DNA of 64,000 nucleotides from Camelus dromedarius (GCF_036321535.1 NC_087436.1:79548001-79612000), one strand, 5' to 3'. Positions 38,906 to 53,559 are shown, numbered from the stretch's first letter. The notes: generated from the sequence alone by a model not told the origin. Made by a program: numbers and translations.

Positions 38906-40689
38906 TCTTAGTACTTATATGACCTTAGGGAAAAGATAAGCTCTCCAAACCTCAGTAGCTTTATCTGTGATTAATTATCCTCTACCTCCACCCACTACAC
39001 AGGCTTTTGTGAGAAACAGATAAGCTAGAGTTTTCTATAACAATTAATGAGATTATTTTTGTTGATTAACTTTCCTTTTTTCTTTTTTTCCCTCTGGGGC
39101 AGAAGAATTGCCCAGGAATGTATTTTCTCATTTTACTTTTCAGGTTTTTTTTATCCACCTGCATTGTAGGACTGCTTTGTTCATATTTTCCATGTATCCA
39201 TTCACTAGACTCATATTTACTGCCCTTTAAATGTCTCAGAGGATTTATTTTGAATTAAAGTTATGATTTCATGTGTGAAAAGTATTCATTTGGGAGCAAG
39301 TTCAGTGAGGTCTATTCAAAATGTAAAATGACATTGTGGTTTTGGATCATAACTAATTGTAACATCCGTTGAACATGGGAGGTGGTGTGTGTGCTTTTTA
39401 GAAGCTAGTTATGCACAAAAGAACAAATATCCGAGATTCAAAGCAAACTTTTAATAATGCCCAATTGGAGTTCTGGCCATGTCTGAGCCATTCAGAGTCT
39501 AATCAGGAAAAGCCCCCTGAGTCAATAATTGCCTTCTCCTCGAATCCTTGCAGGTGTCTATTATGCTGCACATTATCTACATGGAAACGAACATATGGTT
39601 ATTGAATACATAACGAAACAGGCTTGGTTGGAGAATGTTTCCTTTAGGATGCCTGAAAACATTCTTGAGCAGAATATTCTGTCGGCTGCCACCATCCCTT
39701 CTGTTCCTGGGGTTGTAGGAGGGGAGTTGCTGGTCCTTTGTATTAAGAACAGCAAGTGAGCGCACTATAAGAAGTTGAAAAACTCAGAATTTATTTATTT
39801 ATTTAGGAGAACTAAAGTTATCTTCTGTGATGAAAACAGCAATAGACAGAGTTTCTTAAAAGTTAGGAGAATATTTTGTCCTTCTTGTGTAGAGTTTCAG
39901 AAAACTCAAATGTTGGGGAGAGGCTTTCTTCAGAGTGGATCAGACCCTGCTCTGCAGTTTGCCGCTGCTTTCTTGTAACAAAGGAAATACACTTGATACA
40001 TTTAGAGAAAGGAAGAGGAAAAGTTTAAAAACAGAGGAGTAGAGCAAAATCTATGTTAACTGGACCCTGGCTAATTTCTGCTCTGAATTAACTGGATATT
40101 CCCAGTTTATACTCAATTTAAAAAGAAACAGATGAATCAGAAACATATGTAAGGAGTCACTTTATTTGAATCCAATAATTTAAATAATTATAACACATAT
40201 TTTAACAACTGTGTTCAAAATGATAAGAATTTTCAAATTAGCCAGAATACCCATTGCCTAAACATTCTGTAAACTTGGGATATAAATATAGTACATAATT
40301 TAATTTGTATCAATGCTATATGCACACATTCATGAATGTGCATACACATCCATGTAGATGTATAAAATGATGTTGAAATATGAGTTTCAACCAAGACTCT
40401 AAACTGATAGATATCTGATATTAAAGTGATTGGTGAAGCAACAAATAAACCAATTAAATGGATACTACTGAAGAACTTTACTTTAAAAAAAAGTGACTGG
40501 TGAAACCAGCCATCCTGTAGGAGTTACAAAAATAGGCTGAAAATCAGATGGATGGTTGTTAAACCTCTCTATACCTTGAGGATATACAAAATTCAGGGAA
40601 ATGAAAATTGATGGTAGATTTTTGAGGAAGATATTTGGGGAGACCCACTGATATGCTAAGTTCCCCCCCTCCCTTTTTTCTAGAATGGG

Positions 40690-41610
40690 GGTTGTGGAGT
40701 ACCTGTCTTCACCGTGAGCTTGGTGAGAGGGGTATCTGTGAGGCCCCTGGAAATTATTGTATGTGTGGCCTGTAAGTAGGGGCAGGGTGGACTGGAGTCT
40801 GACTTCCATCTGAGAAATGGAAAGAGTGGGGGACAGCTGCTAGCAAAACCAAAGGGAAGGTGGTCTCTTTGGCTGCCCTCAGTCCTGTAGTTGGTGGGTA
40901 GAAGACCCGTGTGTGTTTCCCGTGAAATGAGTATCGGGCATGCATGAAAGCGACAGACAGACAGACGCACAGATGGAGCACTCAGAGGCTGCCCAAAGAG
41001 CAGTCAGATCACAGAAGAGAAAGGCTGCAGGTACAGCTGGATTCCTGGGGCTGAGAAGGAAGTCACGGCCGGCAAGAAAAGAGCTGCTTTTACAAACATT
41101 AGGAGGAACTACAGATGAGAAGGCCACCACAGTACAGGTGGAAGAGGGACTGGTTTTAGATTCCTGAAGGCCCAGGAAGTCCAAAGTCAGCTTACAACAA
41201 TAAACAAGAGGTGTCTGTCTCCCTTCTCCTGACATAGTAATGCTTGAGGGGTCAGACAGTGCAGAAGGATGAGTAGAAATACGAGATGGTGAAAGAGAGA
41301 AGAAATCAATCTTACTCTCTTCCCCAAACCCAGCTGTCCTGTCTGATGATAGTCTGAGCAGCAGCCACATAGCTGCAGGAGAGAGCTTGAACTTCAGTGG
41401 ACAGACAGCTGTAGGAGAGAGCTGGAAGCTTGAGAGCTTCATCAGGGATGAAGCTTTGATTACTACCTGGCTTAGACACGTTAAATACATACTGAGCCTC
41501 TTCTTGTTAGGATCTTAATGTGACCATAGGTGTGGCTGTTATTACCTAAGAGGGACTAGAAGAGTCACGGGGCCCACTTGAGTTTTCATTCACGGGCAGG
41601 GGAAGACATA
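40690..41610 (+). mobile_element. Ancient LTR, MamGypLTR1-like
   Basis: Purine-rich LTR-like body; 3' part acctaagagggactagaagagtcacggggccc...ttttcattcacgggcaggggaaga resembles MamGypLTR1 as I recall it. Confidence 0.55.
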
Positions 41611-43074
41611 CTGGTTGCATTTAATTGTAAAAGTGTAGAAAAACACCTCGAAGGTCAAACATCCACTGACCACAGAGGTTACCTCTTGGGGATAGAATTG
41701 AATATCTGGGAAATGGAAGCACTTGCATGTTTTATTATATATTATTGTGTTTTATCACCCTCCCAAATGGTAGAATTTGAATTAATTTTACTTTTCTACA
41801 TTTGCATTTTCAAAATCTAACACATTTTAAGTTCCTATGCATGCATACTTTTTCAGACCAACAAACATTGTCCACACATATAGTGAGTGTGTGTGATTTC
41901 AGCCCTAAAGAAGGTCTATGTCTGGTCTGTTTAATGACTATTGAATAAAGCCTTGTTTGTTTAAAAAAAAGTAAGAAAAAAAAAAGTAATTGGTGTGAGC
42001 AGTGCTGAAATTTCCACAATAGGCACTTGTACTAGTGACCTCCATTCAGGCACTCCTCCTGCTTCATGTGTTGGCATCTCCAGTTTGTGCCAGGAGAATA
42101 CACAGTGTCTGGTTTCACTGTGAAATTCATGGAGCTCTCTGCTTGAAATAATATAAAAGACTTTTATTGTTCAACCTGGGCATTCATCTGTGCAACCACA
42201 TCTCCTTAGGGAAATGCTGGAAAATGGGATTTTCGTGGCCTTCTCTCCCATTTGACTTTTCCTCTCCCCACCCCTCCCCTTTCCTCCATCCTCATCCAGG
42301 TATCTATTAGTTATCTCTTTCAATAATGCTGTTCTGGCTGCATTGAAAGTGCTTTTTAATGTAGGAGATGTACTTCAGGCATAACACCAGGTCACTTTCT
42401 GAGTAACATTTTATGGGATTGATTAAACTTTAGCACCATAACTGTTGACTTTACAGGCTAGAAAAGAGACTCAGAGTGTTCTGCTCTGGACGATTTGTGC
42501 CTCACAATTTTGAAAAATCAAATAGAGATAAGGGTTTAATGTGTTCGAAAAAAGAAGCTGTCGTCTACTTTTGAGTCTTTTGTATTTAAAAGACCTCAAC
42601 GTTTAACATGAAATAATATCTTTTACACTAATGAAGTTACGTTACAGTAAATAACTGTATATAAAAGCAGATGGATTTTTTAATTGTAAGGGTAAAGATA
42701 ATGATTTAAACTGATTTCTTCACTGATCCAAACCTAATGCTTTCTATCTCTTCTTTTGCTTTGGGAATATGAAGGTGCATTTGCTCTTGGTAGAGTTTCC
42801 AAGGTTATAAGATGATGCATAGCTTATCTTTTTTATTAGAGAAACATATTTTTTGGGCTAAATGCAGTAGAATCATGAACCAAAAGGAAAATATATTATT
42901 TTTATTTATTTTTTTCATCTCTTTTGGGATTGGGAAATGCAGATCATTGACTTTATCTGCACACAAAGGTCTATTGCCAAATGTCTCAGTGATGTGGTTC
43001 ATAATTAGCAGAAGGATATCATGGGAAGGAAAGAAAAACTGAGATGGAGAAAAAAATCCTCATTAATTCAAAGA

Positions 43075-43580
43075 GTTAGTTTTGCACTGTGTCAATTTAG
43101 CTAAGCTGGAGCTATGTCTCCCAGAATTCCCTTCCCCTTGTGGCTCTGGATTAGGGCTGACCAGGAGAAAGGGCTGGGGGAGAGCTGGCAGGGTGGTAGC
43201 CAGTGCAGGTGGCAGGTTGGCCACAGTGTTGCTGATGTGCTGAAGGTGCTGTGCACATGGCTGATCTCTGGCTCACGTCCCTGTTGGGGGTGGCAGCTGG
43301 GCCCCCGGCTCCTCCTGCTTTGGTTGTATCAGCAACTTCCGCCTCCCTGAATTGTAGGCCAGGCCCCTGTGCAGCTCAACGGTGGACAGTAAGTCACCTT
43401 CATTATTGGTTTAGGTGACGTGAGGGGCAGGTGCAGTTTCCAGTTTGCCTTGCCTTCCCCCAGTTTGCATCCAGCTTTTCTTCTTGACTGCCTATACTAT
43501 TGACTGACCTTCAGTGAGTTCAGATTCCCCATGAGATACAGAGCTTACAGCCTTCCAGAAGCCTCTTTGTCTTCTAGAAT
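43075..43580 (+). mobile_element. MLT2E/F-like ERVL LTR
   Basis: tgtgtcaatttagctaagctggagctatgtctcccagaattcccttcccc...ttagggctgacca matches the MLT2F-type 5' end. Confidence 0.75.
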
Positions 43581-45789
43581 AAGTGTTGTTAATCCTGAAT
43601 TATTTGTCTGAAAAATATTGCCATCTCAATTAAGTTAATTTTTCAACTCCTATTTAAAAAAACATTCACTTTTTCCCTCTAGATTTTAAGAGAATATGAC
43701 ATAAAAACTCTGGTGAATAATTTTTTTCTAATATATACTATCTGATTAAACTTTGCAATAAGAGTAGAGCAATCTGAAGTTGGTATATTAAATGATTTGC
43801 AAATTGCAATGTGCTGCACTTTTCAGTTACAGGCATAAGTAAAATAAATCAACCTTGGTCTTATCAGCACTGGGGGAATTTTTCATGTGTGATCACTGTG
43901 TTTTAAAGTCAGTAATATACACACTGTCTTTTTAAATAAAGATGACATTACTAACTTATCCTCTGTAAGGCTCATGCCTGTGTTGTTGTAATAGAGCTTT
44001 GTGTAAAGCATGGTTTAGAAGGAAACATTTATTAAATGGTGGCTGTTGTTATTACAATATATAATGAAAAAACTAACTTTTTTTTCAATTGGCCTCAAAA
44101 TTTTAAAAACCTCCCCTAATATTAATAATAATATTGCATTTGGGAGTATAATCTACCTCGGCACCGATAGAGTAGTGAGATTGTTATTAGGCAGATAATT
44201 TTTGTAGTAAATGCTGCCTTCATTTATTCGAAGCAGTGTAAGTTAGTTTATGTGTGTGCACATGCACACACACCCATGCCACAACCAACCAGGTACCAAT
44301 TGTAGATTTAATATTGTACAATTTACTTCATGTTCGTCTCTTAAATGCAAGGTGAGGTTCTAACCCTTGCAAGTTGTTTTCAAACATATACTAGTGATGG
44401 GAAAATATACGGTAGGATCAAATCATCATGTGAAGACAGATGTCCAACCAACAGTAAACTGTTAACATTTTTTGTTGGCTTATTTAGCAAGTACAACCTT
44501 TATGTATGTTTGTGTATAAACACAAATGCTTATGTATATTTACATACATGCAACTGTATAATGTGTGCAAATATATATGTAATCTGCAATCAACAGATCA
44601 ATATCAACCAGAATATCTTATAACCTTAATCCATCCGATGATCTTTCTATAAAGCTTACTATGATTTTTACAAGTGAGTGACAAGACACCTCCTTTCTCT
44701 CCTTGTCTGATTCTTACATACTCAGCAACTCAATGACAACATTTTTTATTCTTCTCTTCCTTTATGTTCTAGTCCCCCTTTCCCTTGTCTCAGTATTCCT
44801 ACAAAGCTATTATGGATTTACGTAAATGAAACATTAGTTGTCTCTTGCCAAATGGCTGAGACCTCTGGTATAAATTCATATATGAATTTTTCTGAAGCAG
44901 ATCCCTCTCACTCCACTGTACTTGCAAATACTGCTATGATAATACTAGGTGATTTATTTTACATAAGGATGCATCTGAAGGGTGCAGCACATTGTGATTT
45001 GCAAACCATTTAACTTGCTAAGATCAGATTGTTCTGCTTTATCTGCAAAGTTCACCCACAAGGAATTTAATATAAAGGCTTTTATTCTTGTTGTTTCATG
45101 TATTGTACTTTCCTGAGAGCTGATGGATGAGTTTGAAATGGGTCTGTGGGGAAGAAGAGAAGGAAATTAGCCACTCTGTATCTTCTATGGAAAAGCAACT
45201 CTTAAGCCTCCATTTCCCACAAGACTGTTGGAAGTATTCAGGGACTCCTCGGAAAATGACAGCATGGTCTCAAAGGGAGACATTGTTACTCAGCTGTAAG
45301 ATGAATGCGCGTGGGCCCAGGGAACTGTGGATCAGCACGTTGTCTCTCTAGTTCGTATTATTACCTTGAAACCTGTGTGGAGAACAAGTGACTGGGTGCC
45401 AGCACTCTCGCTACAGCCTTGAGTAAAGAAGTGTCTCGGTTTGTTCCCCTCTCCCCTCCTCACCGCTCCTCTCCCCTGCAGACATTCATTGCATGGTGGT
45501 ATTGCAGGGAATCGGGAGACCAAGACTGGTCTCCTTGCTTTGCCAATAACTTGTGAGGTTTGGGGCAAATTGCTTAACTTTTTGGATCCCTCACGTGTAA
45601 GATGAGTAGGGGAACTGACATGATTTCTGAGCTCTTTGCAACTCTCAAATTTTATGAATATGTCAGCTTCCTTTATTTTCCTTAACGTCCCTTCTTTCCT
45701 GAACTATGATTTTCTTTTTCTTATATCCATTTATGATAAATTTTTCTTTTTAAAAATATGTACTTTATTCTGGTAGATGAATCATTTTC

Positions 45790-46260
45790 ATTCCATCTAT
45801 ACATTTAAATATTTATTGAGCTCCTATAATATGCCAAGTCCTGTGATATAAATGCTGGACAAGACAGTAAAGGAGGCATCCCTTCAAGAAGAGGGGGATG
45901 CAAACAAAAAAAAAATTAAAATATTTATTTGTGTAATGTGATGTTCAAGGAATGGGGAAATACAGGATGTCATGGGATCAAACAGGTAAAGGGATGGGCT
46001 TCTGCCTCCTGGAGATTAGGAAAGAAAACCTGGAGATGTGGCATTTAAGTGGAGCCTTGAAAGTTAAGTAGGAGATAAATCAACAAATGGGAGATATTTA
46101 GGAGGTCAATACACAAGGCTTGGTGGTTGATAAGACATTGGAGGTGATGAGAAATAAAGAAAAGTAAAGACAATGTTCAAGTTACTGACTGGCTTATGGC
46201 TAGTGGATGAGTTTGGGGAAACTTAAGGAGCTGGAAAGGCAGTGAGCAGGTTGAAAGTAT
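45790..46260 (-). mobile_element. L2 fragment
   Basis: aaatatttattgagctcctataatatgccaagtcctgtgata...cctggagatgtggcatttaagtggagccttgaa. Confidence 0.75.
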
Positions 46261-46882
46261 TTAGTAGAGGGTGATGCAATTAGAAAGCCATTGGTAATGA
46301 TAACAATATTTTATATTTGGATAATGCTTTTCAGAGCAAAGTACTTCCATGTACTTTCTCTTAAAAGTCTCATAGCAACTGGAAGGTAGACATTATTATT
46401 CTTAATATTCAGATGCTAAGAAAATTTTTCAAAATTTGGAGATAGGCAAAAAGATGGCCATGTGTCCTTTTCATGTCACAGTGTTTAATGAGATTAACTC
46501 TCCTGGGTAGGTAGGTTCTTCCTGCTGGTTCTCTCATTAATGAGCTAAACAAAACTTTGACATGTGTTCATTATATATTTGTATGGCAGTCATGCTTTTA
46601 GCTTTTTGAAAATGATATTTTGAAAGAATTGAAGCAAAAGAAGATCTTGAGAGATTAACTGATTTGCTCAAAATCATGGTGTTAGAGGCAGAGTAGGATC
46701 TTGAACTTAGATCTTTTGGCTCTAAATCTGGTGTATTTTGTGGTATATATGATGTCAAAGGGGAATTTGGAATAGTTCCTAGTTGCTGCTATGTTTTTGT
46801 TTTAAATAAGAATAAGTGGACTTCCAGAAAAGCAGCAGGTAGAAAAGCTTATTTCAATTCATTAATTTTTTAAGTTCACCAA

Positions 46883-47302
46883 CATTTTTTTTCTGTTTTT
46901 TTTTCTTGGATTTCTTTCTATTTTTTAAAATTGAGGTATAGTCAGTTTACAATGTTGTGTCAATTTCTGGCGTACAGCACAGTTCTTTAGTCATACCTGA
47001 ATGTGCATATATTCATTTTCACATTCTTTTTCACCATAAGCTACTACAAGATATTGAATATATTTCCCTGTGCTATACAGTATAAACTTGTTTATCTATT
47101 TTATACATATCAGTCAGTATCTGGAAATCTCGAACTCCTAGTTTATCCCTTCCCACCGCCCTCCCCCGGCAACCACAAGTCTGTGTTCTATGTCTGTGAA
47201 TCTGTTTCTGTTTTATATATAAGTTCATTTGTCTTTTTTTTTTCAGATTCCACATACGAGTGATATTATATGGTATTTTTCTTTCCCTTTCTGGCTTACT
47301 TC
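46883..47302 (-). mobile_element. Relatively young lineage-specific L1 3' end, 5'-truncated
   Basis: T-rich tail then attgaggtatagtcagtttacaatgttgtgtcaatttctgg...ttcagattccacatacgagtgatattatatggtatttttctttc...ctggcttacttc; several CpGs retained. Confidence 0.85.
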
Positions 47303-47747
47303 TACATTATATATCTATTAGAATGCAAGAACTAAAACTCGAAATCTGATCTAGCATTAAAAGGCATTCTCTTAAGAGTAATACCACTATCTCCTTATTT
47401 GGATATTACACTTTTGAGCACAGCTTAAGATGGAAATGGACTACTAATTCAAGACAGCAGATTGTACATGCTCATTTCTTTTCTCTCCTTCTGTAGCTCC
47501 CATGAAAGCAAGAGGATAAAAGGCATATAAACTCTATGATAACGAAGAGAACAGGAAGCACAATCAAAACTAGAATGGAGTAGGGGAGGCAGCTTTTAAT
47601 CACAAGTCCTTATGTTCTATTTGGCATTGTAACCATGTGCATTGATTCCTTTGATAAAAATACCAAAAATAGAATATCAACTTTCTCATGATAAAGTCAA
47701 AGTGTTGACTCATTGAGCTTTAGTCAACTCTAATTCTTGTGTCTTTT

Positions 47748-48077
47748 ATTTTAAAATTTATTTTAATTTTCAATTGTGATAAAAAATGTATAAAGTTAAA
47801 TTTACCATTTTAACTAATTAAAGTGTTAAATTCAGTTGTGTTAATTATATTCACATTCTTGTGCAACAGATTTTTAGAATGTCTTCATTTTGCAAAACTG
47901 AAACTCTAAGTGCATTGCACACCATCTCCCCATTTCCCCCTTTCCCCAGCTCCCAGTAACCATTCTACTTCCTGTTTCTATGAGTTGGACTACTTTAGAT
48001 ATCTCATACAGAATTATGTAATATTTGTATTTTCGGGACTGGCTTGCTTCACTTAGCATAACGTCCTTAAGATTCAT
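47748..48077 (-). mobile_element. L1MA10/L1MB-type 3' end with 17-bp TSD
   Basis: ttttgcaaaactgaaactct...ttcacttagcataacgtcct; flanks TAATTCTTGTGTCTTTT (47731-47747) and TAATCCTTGTATCTTTT (48078-48094). Confidence 0.88.
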
Positions 48078-48149
48078 TAATCCTTGTATCTTTTGTGAAG
48101 GATTTTCCTATTGGGTCTGAGTTTTCCTATCATCTTTTATTTATTTATA

Positions 48150-50400
48150 CAGTTGACTTTCATTTAAAAATAATTTCCCCCTTAATTTCAGTAGCAGTAT
48201 AGGCTCACTACAGAACATTTGAAAATTAGGTACAGTATAAAGAAGAGTAAAAATATTGACTCATAATTCTACCACTAGAGGCAACAACCATTTGTCATTA
48301 TGGTATATATTTCCTTTCAGTCTTTTATTCAGGAAAAATTTTAAACATATGAAACCCAAATGTACAAATGTATGTACAAATGTATATTCTTCTTTTTCCT
48401 TCTAATATTATAGCATATTGTATTAGCTTGCTAGAGCTGCCATAACAAAATATCACAGACTGGATGGCTTGAACAATGAAAATGTATTTTTTTACAGCTC
48501 TGGAGGCTGGAAGTCCAAGATCAAGGTACTGGTAGGGTTGGTTTCCTCTGAGGCCTCTCTCTTTGACTTTTTAAGGCCACCTTCAACCACTTCACATAGT
48601 CTGTCCCTCTGTGCACACATATCCTGGTGTCCCTTTTTTGTGTGTCTTAATTGCCTCTTAAAAATACACCAGTCAGATTGGATTAAGACCCAACCTAATG
48701 GCCTCATTTTACCTTAATCACCTCTTTATAGGCCCTATCTCCAAATACAGTCACATTCTAATGTATTGGGAGTTATGGCTTCAATGTATAAATTTTGGAG
48801 GGGAAACAATTCATCCATAATTCATAGTTCCTATACATTTAAAATCTCATTGTAATTACCACTCCACTGTATGCTTGATATTCTTTTATTAAACATTTAT
48901 ATGTTATATAAAATTATTAGATAACACTTTCATGCTCTAAGACTTAAAATATTAATCTCCTTAATTTGGATTATTTTGTTAATGTTTATTCCAAAAGTGA
49001 AATTAGAGGATCAAAGAGTAAGAGCATATAATAGGCTCTTCATTCATATTACCAACTTTCTTTCCAGAAATGCTGGACCAATTTACACTTTCACCTTTGA
49101 AAGTACCCATTTCACTGTAATTTCATAAACATTAGACTTTCTTATTTTAAAGTAATTGTTAAAGTAGCAGGCAAAAATGGTGTAGCATTTTAGTTTTATT
49201 TTTGATTATTAGTAAAATTTGTTTTTCAAATATGTTATTCTATTTTATTTCCTTTAAAAAATGAATTATCTATTAGTGTTATTCGCTCATTTACTATGAT
49301 CTTAAAATTATTTTTTATCAATTTGTTGTGAACTTTTTGTTTTTCAAAGGCATTAACCTATTTTCTGTAATGTTTACTCCAAATATTTTTCTCAGGTTCT
49401 TGTTAGCTTTTTAATTTTCTTTTTTTGACATTCAGATTATTTCTAATTTTGCATTATAAAAACACAAAACATTTTAATTTCAACTATCTTTTCCTTTATG
49501 CTTTCTTTCATTTCTTTCACTTCTAGAAATTCTTTCCTCCTAAAGGTATTAAAGAAATACCATCTTCATTTTTTTCTGACTTCTGATGATTTGATCCATT
49601 TAGCTATTGAATTGGTCTGGAATTGCTTTATGGACACAATATGAATTGATCTAGACTTTTTCTGAAACAATTGACATCTCCCAGCAGCACTAGTTATTTA
49701 AAAAGCTATCTTTTGTTCCTGATTGATGAAGTAGTTCTCATTGTATGTCATAGCTTTATTATTTTCAATTGATCCATGTAACAACCCTCAAGTCAGTACC
49801 ATACTGATTTATTCATTATAACTTTACAGTTTGTTTTAATATTTGATGGGACTGTTGGTTCATGGCACTTATTTTTAAAATGAGATTTTCCTCCTCCATT
49901 CTTCCACATTAATATAGACTTTTTTAAGTTAGAAAACATCTGATTGATATTTTAATCAGAATTTCATTAATATACAGAAATGTCGTATCTCTTTACTTAT
50001 TCAAACCTTTTAAAAAACTTGGTAAAATCTTCCTAGATTTTTCATATTAAACTTGCAATTTATTTTTTGTTTTCATAGATACTTTATTTTTATCTCTTTT
50101 TATAATTATGCATGAGATTTTAAAATATATTTTCAAAGTGGTTTTCTAGTCATAAAGAAAACATGTAATTCCTGTAACTTTATCTTGTATTACCACTTTT
50201 ATTAGCTTTTAGAACTAATTCTAACAGTTTGATTCTCTTGGATTTTCTGGGCTATGTACTTGTGTAGCCTGAATAGCAATCTCTTATCTCTCCTTGTATT
50301 TTTTTTCTTTATTATTAATGCATTATTTAATTGACTGGAACTTTGTTAAATATGAAATGATAGTTATGTTACTCCTGCATTTAATGGGACTTCTTTTGTT
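48150..50400 (-). mobile_element. Highly decayed L1ME, interrupted by an MLT1
   Basis: Very T-rich; L1-antisense motifs ccaaaagtgaaattagaggatcaaag, ccaatttacactttcacc, cccagcagcac, ccatactg...attata and gattctcttggattttct. Confidence 0.7.
48419..48823 (-). mobile_element. MLT1A/B MaLR solo LTR
   Basis: tgtattagcttgctagagctgccataacaaaatatcacagactgg...tctggaggctggaagtccaagatcaagg...ctccaaatacagtcacattct. Confidence 0.92.
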
Positions 50401-50679
50401 AGGTCACTGATTAGTTTGAGGTTGGTTTGTGGGCTGCAACCCATTGACTGTAGATGCTGGGCGTTACATTTTTATCTAATACATTTTGTCTTATTACTTT
50501 GGCCTGTGAGCCAGCTTTCAATTTATGTAAAGGTGGTGAGGCAGGCAGCCTTGTGCAGTGTTAGCCCCTTTTCTCTGTCTGAGCCACCTGCAGTTCAAGA
50601 GATAGGTCTTCCTTCAGGAAGATAATATTGCACACAGATTCCTGTCCCTGCACTCCACACATCAGCTTCCTTCTGTTAT

Positions 50680-51600
50680 TTAATTAACTCTGTTCAACAG
50701 CTGTGGATCCTGCATATTCTAGTTCATTCAGCCCATATTTCTCTATCTTGAATACAAAGATCTACAACATTTTATTAAATGCTCCCATGCAGTCAAGATA
50801 GAATAAACCTCTGGCACCCTCCTGCTTATCAGTCTAGTAATCCCAGGGGAAACGAGGCTAGTCCCAGTTTATTCAGGTGAGCCCCATTTTCATTTTCTAA
50901 TACTTGCAAATCATCTAAAATTATTCTGAGTTTCAATATAAAAATGGTTCTTGAATCAATTTCATTTTTGGGGGGAAAATGTAGACTTTTGTTCCCATCT
51001 GGCTCTTGGAACTTTTCCTATTCTCTTAATTTTTCAAGTTTTGATCATGGGTGTGGAATCACTACCGTGGTCTTTTAAATATTCTGAAATGTAATTATTT
51101 TGGGTCCTGAAACTTGAATTTATTTAAAACTGCTGGCTGTGTCCTTACTGTCTTCTACCTTTCTTGGGCTTTAATTCCTCTTAAACCACATTGGCACCTT
51201 CCTCTCCAGAGTGAAGGTCATGTCCGGTAGAGAAGACTGAAACAAAATAGGCCCTGAATAGCTCTGACTCCACACAGTCACAGCCATGATGTGCTCTTTG
51301 TTCTTGAGACAATAAATACAGCTTAAAAAGGCACATTTTGTCTACAGAATTTTTCCCAGTCCTCAATCAGTCCTGGATTTTAGCTTTCAAAACAATATTC
51401 CTTCAGCTTTGTGTAATTAGAAAAATTCCTTCTAGATTATGTGTCCTTTTTTTATTTTCATTTTCTTGTACATGAAGTTTTAAACCTAAGTTTATTTGTA
51501 TACATTCCTTATTCAGCTAACTTCTTCTTCATCTGGATAGTTTTTTTTATTGCATTGTCAGCTTTTGGTTGAAAGTCCTACATCCTTCCAGAATCATTTT
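50680..51600 (-). mobile_element. L3/CR1 remnant
   Basis: cagtctagtaatccc...ggaaacgaggctagtc...ttattcaggtgagcccca resembles the antisense CR1 RT region. Confidence 0.55.
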
Positions 51601-52659
51601 CCCTCATTGAATTTCTGTTTATGCATATCCAAGAAGGGCTGAAGAGACATGTGCCATGGAAAAATTATGTGTTGAGAACTGAACATAAATGTTCAGAGAT
51701 CTATCTATCTATATCAAGTTGTTTATATATATTTAAATATATGGTTATATATAATGTATTTTCAAGTTATATGTATATATAGATGTATAGCAATTTATGT
51801 ATTTGTATATATGTTGTACAGAAATATATACCAATTTATATATTTGTATTTATTAAACATTTTAAATTATATTAAACAACTCTCTCCATACATATAAACC
51901 TTAAACTTAACTAAATATAAGCTTATTGAAGAGATTTAGAAGTGCTTTCACCAAAAGGCACAGACTCCTTTCAAAATTTCCAAAAATATTAATATTTAAA
52001 AATTGGAAAACAGAAAGAGAAAGCATCATTTTAAAATATCGGAGAAACTTGCTGTACTGTGAATGTATCCTGGGGTCTGTGTTCTCCTGAGTGCTACCTG
52101 CCAGGCAAGGAGTCACTCCTATGTTGAGGTTTTTGTGCTGCAACAGATCAGTGTGTCTCATCCTGTGGTTTGAGACTCACTGACACAGCAACTTGAACTT
52201 CCCCTTTGACCTTTGTAAAATTTAACTTTTGGCTTGCAGCGAAATCTGTGTTTCATTGACTGTGAAATTAGGAGAATCTCCAATGAGTAAAAAATGATTA
52301 GCTTTCACTTTTGGATGAAAACATGCCAAGGACAAACATTGATCTTAAGAGATCGTGCATAAAACATTGCACCTTATAAAACCTCGCTGTGAGCCAGCAC
52401 CATGGATAGATCAGTGCTGTAGCCCTGGAGCCAAGATCTGACCTCCCAGTTCATTGCCTCTCAGCTTTTTTTCCTTTGTTTTTGTTTTTGGGTGACTTTC
52501 TAAGTCAATTTGTTTATGACCTTGAACAGTAGTGCTTTTAGGTATGAAGACACAATTGCCAGATGATATTTACTAATGCTTTAAATGGTGGATATTCAAA
52601 TGCCCTCTATTTCTCTGGACTGTGTTGAATTGACACCTTTTTTCAGCCACTCTCCCCAG

Positions 52660-52870
52660 CTGAGCAATTTTGTTTTCTATGCGATAGCACTTTATTTGTG
52701 CCCCTTATTTGTGCTTTTATTATGTCACTTATCACCTGTATTTTAGTGATTTGTTTCTGTCTTTCCCTCTGGACTGCCAGCTGCACAAAGACTGGGGTCT
52801 GTGGACTCCTGGCACGTAGCACAAGACTTGGAACACAGTGCTTAACCGGATGTTGACTGCATGAATTCAT
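52660..52870 (+). mobile_element. L2 3' end
   Basis: gtttctgtctttccctctggactg...cctggcacgtagcac...gcttaaccggatgttgactgcatgaat. Confidence 0.7.
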
Positions 52871-53559
52871 TATTTGAAAAAATTAAAAACATAAGTAGTA
52901 TATGGGTGGCTTGGTGGAATGCAGTGGGTATGAGTGTGGGGGCAACATAGCATTTTAATTTTATTTGCAGATTAGTGTATTTGGAGACCTGCACTGTGTA
53001 TGACGGCCTGTGTAGATCAGATGACGCCAAAGCTACCCTCTTTCTCTCCCTCTGTGTTATTATGTTTGAATACCCCTAAGCAGCCCTGGAACTTGTACTT
53101 TCTGATAGATAGAGCTCCAAAGCAGCAGGAGGCCCTTTCACTTTTGAGAGCAAGCCCTGAGCCTGACATAATGCTGAGGGAGGTTCAAAACAAATACCCA
53201 CTTTTTCCCCACGGTAAATTTTATTTCATCAGACAAATGTTAAAACATTTTAAAGAAATAAAATGCCTACTATATTGGAAAAAGTAGCTATTGCTTTGGT
53301 ATCCATTTTGTATCTTTCCCTTGAAGCCAAGAAATTATCTTGCTTCTGTGAAATAACTTTCCCTCTTTAGGTGTTCAATTTGATTCAAGGATTTTTGATT
53401 AAGTATTCAGGGGTTATGAATAAATAAGAGCCAGCAGTCCGGTAATTGGGATATCATTACTATCTAGTAGCACACTTAATGCTCAGCTTAGCTGTGCTGC
53501 ATCACCTTCTCCTCCCCTCTTCCTCCGTGTCATCACTCCTCCTCCCCCAACCCCTCCAA

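Noticed and set aside
40879..41490. Longest ORF (203 aa, - strand)
   Set aside because: Lies antisense within an old LTR-like element; the Ser/Leu-rich peptide reflects purine bias on the other strand; no recognisable domain.
48469..48717. Similar ORFs at 48.5 kb and 62.4 kb suggesting a duplicated gene
   Set aside because: Both are MLT1A/B LTR copies in opposite orientations; the shared peptide (TLILDF.PPEL) is LTR-derived.
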